IMG/VR virus record: IMGVR_UViG_3300042691_023995
Coordinates: 64,001-87,603 of that record
DNA length: 23,603 nucleotides
Origin: a virus
Taxonomy: Duplodnaviria; Heunggongvirae; Uroviricota; Caudoviricetes; Crassvirales
Reading direction: 5' to 3' (one strand)
The notes beneath the pieces were generated by a model. The model saw nothing but the letters and a program-made list of their open reading frames with translations. It made no database searches and was not told where the DNA came from. The translations under genes and the position numbers were made by a program. The stretch's first letter is position 1; every line of letters begins with the position of its first letter. Positions 15,739 to 23,040 of the stretch are shown in pieces.

Positions 15739-15861
15739 ATGGCAGAACAAGTAAAAACATTGCAGGATTTCTTGAAAGAATATCCTAATGATAAGGCAGA
15801 AGCTGTTAAGCAATATTTAATTTACGTAGGCCGCTTTGGCGGAGAATTTAAAACTAACTAA
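15739..15861 (+). CDS. 40-aa microprotein (not in ORF track)
   Basis: MAEQVKTLQDFLKEYPNDKAEAVKQYLIYVGRFGGEFKTN; TAATG coupling to the next gene; aaaaacttaatacaATG leader. Confidence 0.55.
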   Translation: MAEQVKTLQDFLKEYPNDKAEAVKQYLIYVGRFGGEFKTN

Positions 15862-16280
15862 TGGCAAAGTCACTATTTCCTGAGAAAATGCTAAGCTCGT
15901 CTGGTGGAGAACTTTCTCCAGATGTTGTAGCTACAAAGCTGACACACTTTGAACTTCAGCTACACAATCTACATTGGGCTACAAGAAGCTATGCAGAACA
16001 CCAAGCTCTTGGTGGACTGTATGACAAGGTGTTTGACCTAAAGGATGAGATTGTAGAAAAGATTATGGGCTACACAGGAACTAGAGCTAAGATAGGAGCA
16101 CATGCTCCTTTGAAAGACTATGCTGTTGGTGTATCTGATCAAGTGGTTAGTGAGCTGATTACATTTGCTAAGCAGCTTGAGAGCTACGCAGAGGCTAACA
16201 ATATGCCTGACATTGAGAACATTGCTCAATCCTTGAGTGGAGAAGCAGCCAAAACTAAATACCTACTAACACTGTCCTAA
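15861..16280 (+). CDS. Ferritin/Dps-like four-helix-bundle protein (phage DUF5856-like)
   Basis: LHNLHW..SYAEH..L..LY......DEIVE resembles the Dps ferroxidase HW..H..D..E pattern; ends YLLTLS. Confidence 0.7.
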   Translation: MAKSLFPEKMLSSSGGELSPDVVATKLTHFELQLHNLHWATRSYAEHQALGGLYDKVFDLKDEIVEKIMGYTGTRAKIGAHAPLKDYAVGVSDQVVSELITFAKQLESYAEANNMPDIENIAQSLSGEAAKTKYLLTLS

Positions 16281-16570
16281 TGGTCATCAATAAGAGGTTC
16301 TTTCCTGAGGTGCTCCCTGATAATGAACTTGCTTATTTTGCACATCTAGAGGGAGTGTTGAGCTCCGTAGATGAACTAGCAAGTTTAGAGATTACCAAGA
16401 ACCCCCATTCTTATCATTTCAGACTAGTGCCTAGTCTTCCTAAATATAACAACATGCTCCTGGAGGAGATATTAAAACTACATAACATCTTCCAGATCAA
16501 GCTAAACCTTTCCAAGTCAATCAAAACTTCTGCAACGATAGCTTTTGAAATAAGTTTGGAAAATTCATAA
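16280..16570 (+). CDS. Hypothetical protein
   Basis: 96-aa ORF, TAATG-coupled to the ferritin-like gene. Confidence 0.6.
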   Translation: MVINKRFFPEVLPDNELAYFAHLEGVLSSVDELASLEITKNPHSYHFRLVPSLPKYNNMLLEEILKLHNIFQIKLNLSKSIKTSATIAFEISLENS

Positions 16571-16586
16571 ACGACACATATATTTG
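16555..16586 (+). promoter_or_regulatory. Bacteroidota promoter: TTTG(16555-16558)-N20-TATATTTG(16579-16586)
   Basis: Exact consensus with a 20-nt spacer, heading the basic-protein cluster. Confidence 0.72.
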
Positions 16587-16608
16587 TGCAAACCAAAAAT
16601 TAAATAAT

Positions 16609-16845
16609 ATGGCAAACTACGATCCTAGCAAACGTTACACATGGACTCCTGATGACAAATTTGAATTCACAGGAGCTGAATTTGGTCTTATTTTGAACGC
16701 ATTCCGTGCTGTTCTAAACACAGAAGAAGCTGGACGCATTCTTCTAGCTAACGAAGCTAACCAAGTGGTGGAGCGTGCTCTTGCAAAAGCTGTTGAAGCT
16801 GATGTTGTTAAAGAGGCTGACGCAACTCCTCAAGCAGGTTTATAA
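16609..16845 (+). CDS. Hypothetical acidic helical protein
   Basis: 78-aa ORF with an A-rich leader just after the promoter. Confidence 0.65.
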   Translation: MANYDPSKRYTWTPDDKFEFTGAEFGLILNAFRAVLNTEEAGRILLANEANQVVERALAKAVEADVVKEADATPQAGL

Positions 16846-16855
16846 AACTATTAAT

Positions 16856-17311
16856 ATGGCAAAGATTAAGAAAGCCCAAAGAGGCGCTGGTGTTCCTAAA
16901 GGTTATGTTCGTGGAGAAATGACTGGTCGTCTTATTCCTGAGAAGGAATATGAAAAGCATCAGAGCGATATGGCCAAGAGTCTTCAAGAGATGAAAGATC
17001 AATTGAAGAAAGACACCTCTAAACCTAAATCAGCTGTTAAGAAAACTGCTGTTGCTCCTAAGAAGAAAATGAAGAGCGGTGGCAAACTTGCTAAACAGGC
17101 TGCTATAGCAATCTCCATGAAGAAAAAAGGCATTAAGCCTAAAATGGATAAGGCTAAAGGTGGTAAAGAGATGATCAAACGTGCTGATGGAAGCTATTCT
17201 CAGCGTGGTTTGTGGGATAACATCCGTGCTAATAAAGGCTCAGGTAAGAAACCTACAGCTCAAATGTTGAAGCAAGAGAAGAAGATTAAAGCAGCTTCTA
17301 AGAAGAAATGA
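16856..17311 (+). CDS. Lys-rich basic protein A (putative virion internal/DNA-binding protein)
   Basis: Starts MAKIKKAQRG at ATG 16856 (the track start 16775 overlaps the previous gene); internal MKSGGK and AKGGK; contains GLWDNIRA. Confidence 0.7.
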   Translation: MAKIKKAQRGAGVPKGYVRGEMTGRLIPEKEYEKHQSDMAKSLQEMKDQLKKDTSKPKSAVKKTAVAPKKKMKSGGKLAKQAAIAISMKKKGIKPKMDKAKGGKEMIKRADGSYSQRGLWDNIRANKGSGKKPTAQMLKQEKKIKAASKKK

Positions 17312-17388
17312 AATTCTGTGGCATCCATATCATAGAACTAGATGAACATGGACTATGCCCAATTTGTCTTGAACAATCTAATAAATAA
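17308..17388 (+). CDS. 26-aa C-x2-H-x9-C-x2-C microprotein (putative mini zinc finger; not in ORF track)
   Basis: MKFCGIHIIELDEHGLCPICLEQSNK; ATGA overlap with the upstream stop; fills the gap to the next gene. Confidence 0.5.
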   Translation: MKFCGIHIIELDEHGLCPICLEQSNK

Positions 17389-17393
17389 TTGAA

Positions 17394-17741
17394 ATGGCTA
17401 AAATTAAAAAAGCTCAAGCTGGACTTAAAGCTCCTAACAAACGTGTAGGACCTGTTGATCCTTCAGGTGCTTGGACCAAGGTGCAAGAACAAACTCTTGC
17501 TGGAAAAAAGACACCTGTTAGTCTTAAAAAAGACAAGGAACTTGGTGCTACATCTATGGCTAAAGGTGGCAAGTGGATTCAGAAAGCTATCAAGAAGCCT
17601 GGGGCTCTTCGTAAGTCTTTGGGTGCTAAGCCTGGTAAGCCAATCCCTGCTGCTAAACTTGCCAAAGCTGCTAAAGCTCCTGGTAAGTTGGGTCAGCGTG
17701 CACGCCTTGCTCAGACTTTGAAAAAGATGAAGAAGAAGTAA
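17394..17741 (+). CDS. Lys-rich basic protein B
   Basis: MAKIKKAQAG leader; MAKGGK followed by WIQKAIKKPGALRKSLG..KLGQRARLAQTLKK. Confidence 0.75.
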   Translation: MAKIKKAQAGLKAPNKRVGPVDPSGAWTKVQEQTLAGKKTPVSLKKDKELGATSMAKGGKWIQKAIKKPGALRKSLGAKPGKPIPAAKLAKAAKAPGKLGQRARLAQTLKKMKKK

Positions 17742-17742
17742 A

Positions 17743-18225
17743 ATGGCTTCCATAAAGAAACTCCTTAAGAGCGCTCCTAGACTTAGAAACAGTCTTCCTC
17801 AGAATGTCACAAGAGGAAACGGAGTGAAGAACCCACAGAAGGCAGAAGCTTATGTGGGTAAAGGTGTTTTAAGAAGTGGTGATACAATTACAGCTGTCAA
17901 GGGATCCATTACACCTGTTCCTAACGGACCATTGATTAAGAAGAAAGGTCCTTTCAAAGGATCTACACTTAAGAAGGGTGGGAAGGTGACAGTGATAGCT
18001 GGTGGTGAGAAACATGTTGTGTACAAGAAAACTAGTCCAACAGGTGTTGGTAAGGGGAAGAAAGGACACATCATGGTGAACCATCCTACCAAAGACAAGG
18101 GTAAATGGGACACTATAGATCTCACAAAAATTGGTAGAGCCAAGACTGTTAAACAGGGTGTAGCTTCCACCAAGAAATGGCACAGAGACAATCCTGATTA
18201 TAAATATAAAGGTAAAAAGAAATAA
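17743..18225 (+). CDS. Lys/Gly-rich basic protein C
   Basis: MASIKK start; internal LKKGGK. Confidence 0.7.
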   Translation: MASIKKLLKSAPRLRNSLPQNVTRGNGVKNPQKAEAYVGKGVLRSGDTITAVKGSITPVPNGPLIKKKGPFKGSTLKKGGKVTVIAGGEKHVVYKKTSPTGVGKGKKGHIMVNHPTKDKGKWDTIDLTKIGRAKTVKQGVASTKKWHRDNPDYKYKGKKK

Positions 18226-18227
18226 CC

Positions 18228-18710
18228 ATGGCTAAGGTAAAAAAGGCCCAGATGGGTTATAGAGTGAGAGGTGAGGGTAGGAGTTGTGGTATTGAGCGTC
18301 AAGCTCGTAAGGATGAGCGTCAGTCTGAAAGAGAGTGGAGAAAGATGGACAGACAGAGTACACGTGAGGTGAAGCGTGATGAACGCATTGCTGCTCGTGA
18401 GGCTAAGAAAGTTCCTAAACAACGCTCTGGTGGTAAAACACCAGCTTGGCAAAGAAAGGAAGGAAAGAATCCTTCTGGTGGTCTAAATGCAAAAGGTGTA
18501 GCAAGCTATAGAGCTGCCAATCCTGGATCTAAGCTGAAGACTGCTGTAACAACAAAGCCTTCCAAGCTTAAACCTGGAAGCAAAGCTGCTAGTCGTCGTA
18601 AGAGTTTCTGTTCTAGAATGTCAGGTATGAAAAAGAAACTGACATCTGCCAAAACTGCCAACGATCCAAATAGCAGAATCAACAAAAGTTTGAGGAAGTG
18701 GAACTGCTGA
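18228..18710 (+). CDS. Basic protein D with a C-terminal DUF6321-like module
   Basis: MAKVKKAQMG leader; QRSGGK, then AWQRKEGKNPSGGLN..RRKSFCSRM..DPNSRINKSLRKWNC. Confidence 0.7.
   Translation: MAKVKKAQMGYRVRGEGRSCGIERQARKDERQSEREWRKMDRQSTREVKRDERIAAREAKKVPKQRSGGKTPAWQRKEGKNPSGGLNAKGVASYRAANPGSKLKTAVTTKPSKLKPGSKAASRRKSFCSRMSGMKKKLTSAKTANDPNSRINKSLRKWNC
18690..18710 (+). repeat. Copy 1 of an imperfect 21-nt direct repeat (copy 2 at 19124-19144), both encoding L-[R/K]-K-W-N-C-stop
   Basis: TTGAGGAAGTGGAACTGCTGA vs TTGAAAAAATGGAATTGCTAA, 16/21 identical. Confidence 0.75.
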
Positions 18711-19144
18711 TTAAGAAAAGATATTGGGGAAGGATTTCAAAGATTTCTGATGAACTAGGAAGGTTTAGATGTAGTAAGTGTGGAGAATGGAAAGATCCTT
18801 CTGAATTTAATAAAAATAGTCAACAGAAAACTGGATTAAGTTACGCTTGTAGAGAATGTATGAGAGTAGCTACTAGAAAATGGAACCTACCTGCAAAATA
18901 TAACATAACATCAGAGAGATTTGATGAGATGTTAAAAGAACAAGATTACAAATGTGCATGTTGTGGAGTGGAACTTGATACAACAGGTAGACAACATAAC
19001 AAACCACATGTAGATCATAATCATCTTACTGGAGAAGTTAGGGAAATTCTCTGCGGAAATTGTAACTTAGCTGCTGGTAAGGTAAAAGATAGTTCAGAGA
19101 TAGCCAAGAAACTGGCTGATTACTTGAAAAAATGGAATTGCTAA
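18698..19144 (+). mobile_element. Free-standing homing endonuclease, endonuclease VII (His-Me finger) family, with an N-terminal Zn-ribbon
   Basis: RCSKC..CREC; KYNIT..FDEML..Q..KCACC; VDHNH.TGEVR.ILC..CN. There is no ATG; the GTG at 18698 lies inside the last codons of gene D. Confidence 0.8.
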
Positions 19145-19165
19145 TACTTAAAAACTTAAATAACA

Positions 19166-19681
19166 ATGGCACGTATTAAGAAAATGCAGGATGGTGGTAA
19201 ATCCTCCCTCGGTATGAAATCAGTAAAGGCTGGATTTGATAAAAATCCTGGCGTTACAAGAGCAGACATCATTGTGGCTGCTAAGAAAGAAGCTAAGAAA
19301 GGAGCTAAGATTAAGAAAGCTCAAGATGGTGAGAAATTGAAAGTGGCTCTTCGCTCTGGTCAATTGAAAAGACTTGGTAAGTTGAGCGCTAAGAACCCTG
19401 AGAAAGCTGAGAAGGTAGGTAAAAGCATGGTTGAAAGAGCTACACGTAAGCAACGTGGTGTAGAATACTTGAAGAAGAATGCTCCAGCACTTAAGCCTTC
19501 AAGCGCTAAATCTTCTGTAGAAATGAAGAAAGGTGGTAAGTTGAAGAAAGCTCGTAGCGGTGCTACACTATCTCCTTCTAAGAAAAGCGTATCTAGTGTT
19601 CTTGGTGGTTACAAGCGTGTTATTGGAAAGAGCATGCGTGATGGTGGATCTATGAAAAAATGCAGGGGAGGTTGCTATTAA
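19166..19681 (+). CDS. Lys-rich basic protein E with repeated KKAQxG / xxxGG motifs
   Basis: MARIKKMQDGG, AKIKKAQDG, MKKGGKLKKARSG, MRDGG, CRGGCY. Confidence 0.75.
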   Translation: MARIKKMQDGGKSSLGMKSVKAGFDKNPGVTRADIIVAAKKEAKKGAKIKKAQDGEKLKVALRSGQLKRLGKLSAKNPEKAEKVGKSMVERATRKQRGVEYLKKNAPALKPSSAKSSVEMKKGGKLKKARSGATLSPSKKSVSSVLGGYKRVIGKSMRDGGSMKKCRGGCY

Positions 19682-19682
19682 T

Positions 19683-19823
19683 ATGAAAGCAGGTAAACCA
19701 AAAAAGGCCCCAAAGGTACCACCACCTAAGCCTATCAATGCTAATTATATGAAAGAGGCTGATACCAAACTTAGGAGGTCCAGTAAGATGTGGCCCATGA
19801 AGACAAAACGTCTATCTAAATAG
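19683..19823 (+). CDS. 46-aa Lys/Pro-rich basic microprotein (not in ORF track)
   Basis: MKAGKPKKAPKVPPPKPINANYMKEADTKLRRSSKMWPMKTKRLSK; starts 1 nt after the upstream stop. Confidence 0.55.
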   Translation: MKAGKPKKAPKVPPPKPINANYMKEADTKLRRSSKMWPMKTKRLSK

Positions 19824-19850
19824 TTGTTGTTTCATAGTTGTTTGTTTAGT

Positions 19851-19880
19851 AAAAAGCCTCTTTTTATAAGAGGCTTTTTT
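19851..19880. terminator. Bidirectional intrinsic terminator
   Basis: Perfect 12-bp inverted repeat AAAAAGCCTCTT-tttat-AAGAGGCTTTTT with A and T tracts, closing the basic-protein operon. Confidence 0.85.
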
Positions 19881-19891
19881 ATTTATATCAT

Positions 19892-20524
19892 ATGGTAAAA
19901 CTAACATGTATATGTCCTGTGTGGAAAAGACCACAGAGGACCATTAGAGCAATAGAATCTGTTGTAGCCCAGAAGTTTGATGGCTATGAGGCATTGTTCA
20001 TAGGTGACAGATGTCCAGAGTTTCAAAAACATCTGGACGCTGGTACATTTAAGAAATACGAAGAACAAGTGGCTGCTACAGGTAACAAGATATTATTCCA
20101 TAATATGGATGAACATTATGGGGGCTGGGGACATGGTGCACGTAAGTACGGCATTGATATAGCTCAGGGAGAATACATATGCTTCCTGGACAATGATGAT
20201 GTTCTCAAGCCCAACCATTTTGCTAACTATTATGGATTCATGCAAGAGAACCCAGACATTCATGTAGGTTATTTCAATGCACGTACAGAGCCCTGGAAAA
20301 AGAACAGAGTTTCTTGTCTATCCAGAGGAGGCATTGGAAACGCAGAATTAATGATAAAGACAGATGTTCTTAAGAAGAACTATAGACTAGATCCAGAATA
20401 TGAACATGACTGGAGACTAGTGGAGAGAATGTTAAACTACGGATATAAGTTCAAAAAGAGCACAGCAGCTCCTACATATATAATAATGAGTATTCCTAAC
20501 TATCGAGAAACCACAATTGACTGA
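19892..20524 (+). CDS. GT2-family glycosyltransferase
   Basis: LTCICPVWKR, AIESVVAQ, ARKYG...AQGEYICFLDNDD, HDWRL. Confidence 0.85.
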   Translation: MVKLTCICPVWKRPQRTIRAIESVVAQKFDGYEALFIGDRCPEFQKHLDAGTFKKYEEQVAATGNKILFHNMDEHYGGWGHGARKYGIDIAQGEYICFLDNDDVLKPNHFANYYGFMQENPDIHVGYFNARTEPWKKNRVSCLSRGGIGNAELMIKTDVLKKNYRLDPEYEHDWRLVERMLNYGYKFKKSTAAPTYIIMSIPNYRETTID

Positions 20525-21204
20525 TGATAACGGTTATTATTCCTGCTTACAAAGCAACTAAGTACATAGATGAATGCCTTGCTTCTCTGCCAGGGGCTGA
20601 GATATTGGTAGGAATAGACCGTTGTAAAGAGACATTTGACCACCTGGTGGGTAGAACAGACATAAAGACGTTCTATTTTACAGAGAATGTAGGACCTTAT
20701 GTTATTAAAAACACACTAGTTGATGAGGCTTCTCATGACAAAATCCTATTTTTTGACTCTGATGACATCCTTGTAGAGGGTGTTCTGGATAGGATAGAGA
20801 AGGCTTTAGATAATGTAGACTACGTAAAACTCAACTATATCAACTTCACAGGCAGGATTAATCATAAGGCACACAAGATGAATGATGCTGTAATAGCTAT
20901 CAACCGTCCTGTGTTTAACGAGCTGAATGGTTTTAAACCATGGAGATGTGGAGCTGATACAGAGTTTGCACACCGTTTAGCATTTAACAAACTGAAACAC
21001 ATAGTGCTAGATGATATAGCCTATTACAGAAGAATCCATGGTGAAAATCTCACTGTGAGAAAAGAAACAGGATATGATTCTCCTATAAGAAAAGGATATA
21101 TGGAGTATATTGCAAGGCGTCAAAGAGAAAACAACTGGGTAAATCCAACACATAAACAAACTCAAGGATATGTTACTTATACAACAACCCATCGAGGAGC
21201 TTAA
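20524..21204 (+). CDS. GT2-family glycosyltransferase
   Basis: ITVIIPAY, YIDECLASL, ILFFDSDD, GADTEF, YYRRIH. Confidence 0.85.
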   Translation: MITVIIPAYKATKYIDECLASLPGAEILVGIDRCKETFDHLVGRTDIKTFYFTENVGPYVIKNTLVDEASHDKILFFDSDDILVEGVLDRIEKALDNVDYVKLNYINFTGRINHKAHKMNDAVIAINRPVFNELNGFKPWRCGADTEFAHRLAFNKLKHIVLDDIAYYRRIHGENLTVRKETGYDSPIRKGYMEYIARRQRENNWVNPTHKQTQGYVTYTTTHRGA

Positions 21205-22048
21205 GCTTCCTCCTGAAGTGACAATAGGAACTAGGAAGAGATATTCAACAGCTACAGCTGTGGCGTGGATCAATGACCACAAACTTGTATCAGCTGCTTT
21301 TAACAGCAGAAAGGTATATTTAATAGAGCTCACCGAAGATGGTGGTTCTAGGATATTAGATGTTGTAAAGGCTCCTTACAATCCAGACTTGATGGATTAT
21401 AAAGATGGGGTGATAGTTACATCAGACTATCCTTTCTCCAACCCTGATGGACATGCGTCCATATTTGATGTGGTGGATGATAAGATAGTGTATAGGAAAA
21501 GCATTAAGCTTCCCAGTACAAAAGCTCACGGCTGTAAGATTGTAGACAGTAATACCATCATCATCACTAGTAACAGTGACTTCAACAAGGGGTGTTTGTT
21601 TATAGATGTGAACAAAGGTGTGGTGAAAAGCAATCTAAAAGACATGGACCACTACCCTAAAGATGTTCATATAAAGGATGATAGACTTCTAGTGGTGTGT
21701 GCAAAGAGTCTTCCCCAGATAGGACAAACCACCGTGATAGGTGAATCTGTGCTCTATCTATTCGATGTTGCAACATTAACAAGATTAGATGAGGTGAGAT
21801 TTCATGGGCAAACAGACTCTCTCACCATGGATGGTGAACATGTATTCATCACTATACAAGGAGATGATACTGTTGCAGGGTTTACATTAATTGATGATAA
21901 GCTCTCCTATATTGGTAGAGCTGGTGGGTTTAACTTCCCACATGGTATAGATGCGCTAAATGGTAAAATAGCTGTTACAAACTATGGTGATAACACCATC
22001 AGGATATTCACTAAGGATGAGCTTCTACAAAATCTGCAAGCATCTTAA
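21170..22048 (+). CDS. Beta-propeller protein (lactonase/YncE/NHL-like)
   Basis: Blade-like repeats: YNPDLMD, AHGCKI, HYPKDV, GFNFPHGIDA..KIAVTNYGDNTIRIF. Confidence 0.6.
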   Translation: MLLIQQPIEELKLPPEVTIGTRKRYSTATAVAWINDHKLVSAAFNSRKVYLIELTEDGGSRILDVVKAPYNPDLMDYKDGVIVTSDYPFSNPDGHASIFDVVDDKIVYRKSIKLPSTKAHGCKIVDSNTIIITSNSDFNKGCLFIDVNKGVVKSNLKDMDHYPKDVHIKDDRLLVVCAKSLPQIGQTTVIGESVLYLFDVATLTRLDEVRFHGQTDSLTMDGEHVFITIQGDDTVAGFTLIDDKLSYIGRAGGFNFPHGIDALNGKIAVTNYGDNTIRIFTKDELLQNLQAS

Positions 22049-22760
22049 CATAATCCTTGTTCCAGTGAGGGTTTAATTGCACCTCACCTGTAGGAATCTT
22101 ACCCTGTATTCTAAGGTTTTCTATGTGTAAACTATGCCTTTGGATGGCATTAGGTTTGCCAGGTTTATCATGTCCCTGACCAGACATGTGATAGCTACGT
22201 CCTCCCCACATGTAAAACCAGCTAGCCTCAGCTTTAGGAGGCTTAGCAAACAGTCTTCCACCGTGCTTATGTAGACGTTCTATAAACGTCATATCATATC
22301 CAGCGTTCTCAATGGGGTGGTGCCCTATAGCTTCCCAAGCAGACTTCCTGAACACAATACCTGAGTTACCTATCCAGGTAACATCTGTTATTTTGTCCCC
22401 GTTATAGAACACTCCAGGATTCCAATGGAGAATGTTCACATCATCTGTGAAATATTTAGCTACATTCTGCAAATGCCAAGGCATAGCTAAATCATCATCA
22501 TCCCACTGGCATATAATATCCCCATTACAGATATCTGTTGCGTAGTTTTCTTTCTCACCTATAGTGCTGAAGGTGAAGTTCATATTGTGTATTCTCACTC
22601 TGGGATGGTCAAATCTGAGCTTCTGCAGGGGATAGTCATTCACGATTATCAGTTCACGCCTATCTTCAGGGTAGTCTTGCCTGAGGAAAGACTCTAAGCT
22701 TTCCTCAAGCGTATCCACCCTGCCGTATGTGATCATCTTACATGATATTAGTGGCAGCAT
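22011..22760 (-). CDS. GT2-family glycosyltransferase
   Basis: ISCKMITYGR, SFLRQDY, ELIIVND, ICQWDDDD, GYDMTF. Confidence 0.82.
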   Translation of the reverse strand: MLPLISCKMITYGRVDTLEESLESFLRQDYPEDRRELIIVNDYPLQKLRFDHPRVRIHNMNFTFSTIGEKENYATDICNGDIICQWDDDDLAMPWHLQNVAKYFTDDVNILHWNPGVFYNGDKITDVTWIGNSGIVFRKSAWEAIGHHPIENAGYDMTFIERLHKHGGRLFAKPPKAEASWFYMWGGRSYHMSGQGHDKPGKPNAIQRHSLHIENLRIQGKIPTGEVQLNPHWNKDYVKMLADFVEAHP

Positions 22761-23040
22761 AAAAACGTTCTACATCTTCTGGTTCTAAATAGATTTCACT
22801 CTGGAATGTGTTGCGCTGACGCTTTACTCCCTTCACCTTGTTTGTGCGTGGGTCAACATCAGGCATTTCCTGAGCACGCTCGTGTAGGTCATCCAATAAT
22901 ACCAACAGTCTACCATCTTCCACACCTACAGTGCGGATCACCTTGTTCATGTTAAAGCTGTCTCTGAATGTGTTGTACACAGGGTTCTCTGGTGTACCTG
23001 ACTTCAACTCTTTACGAGTGTAGAAAAACTGATTCTTCAT
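22738..23040 (-). CDS. Hypothetical protein
   Basis: 100-aa ORF, ATGA-coupled to the upstream minus-strand gene. Confidence 0.65.
   Translation of the reverse strand: MKNQFFYTRKELKSGTPENPVYNTFRDSFNMNKVIRTVGVEDGRLLVLLDDLHERAQEMPDVDPRTNKVKGVKRQRNTFQSEIYLEPEDVERFYAATNIM

Noticed and set aside
18670-18710. Canonical programmed -1 frameshift from gene D into the endonuclease
   Set aside because: No X XXY YYZ slippery heptamer in D's frame; kept only as a possibility within the finding.
18690-19144. Group I intron carrying the endonuclease
   Set aside because: The whole interval is coding, leaving no room for a ribozyme core, and gene D is already complete without splicing.
16856-19823. Ribosomal proteins or true histones among the Lys-rich ORFs
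   Set aside because: No recognisable r-protein or histone-fold signature; the resemblance is compositional only.
202-21333. Numerous short opposite-strand or alternate-frame ORFs in the track (e.g. 202-429, 7138-7671, 11715-11939, 12684-13136, 17850-18191, 21007-21333)
   Set aside because: They lie within motif-supported genes, lack recognisable motifs or A-rich leaders, and mirror the host gene's codon bias (e.g. poly-Val opposite poly-Thr).
5632-22048. Both convergent gene pairs (5632-5669 and 22011-22048) overlap by exactly 38 nt
   Set aside because: The overlapping sequences share no similarity, and overlap lengths are limited by frame and stop availability; two cases are consistent with chance.
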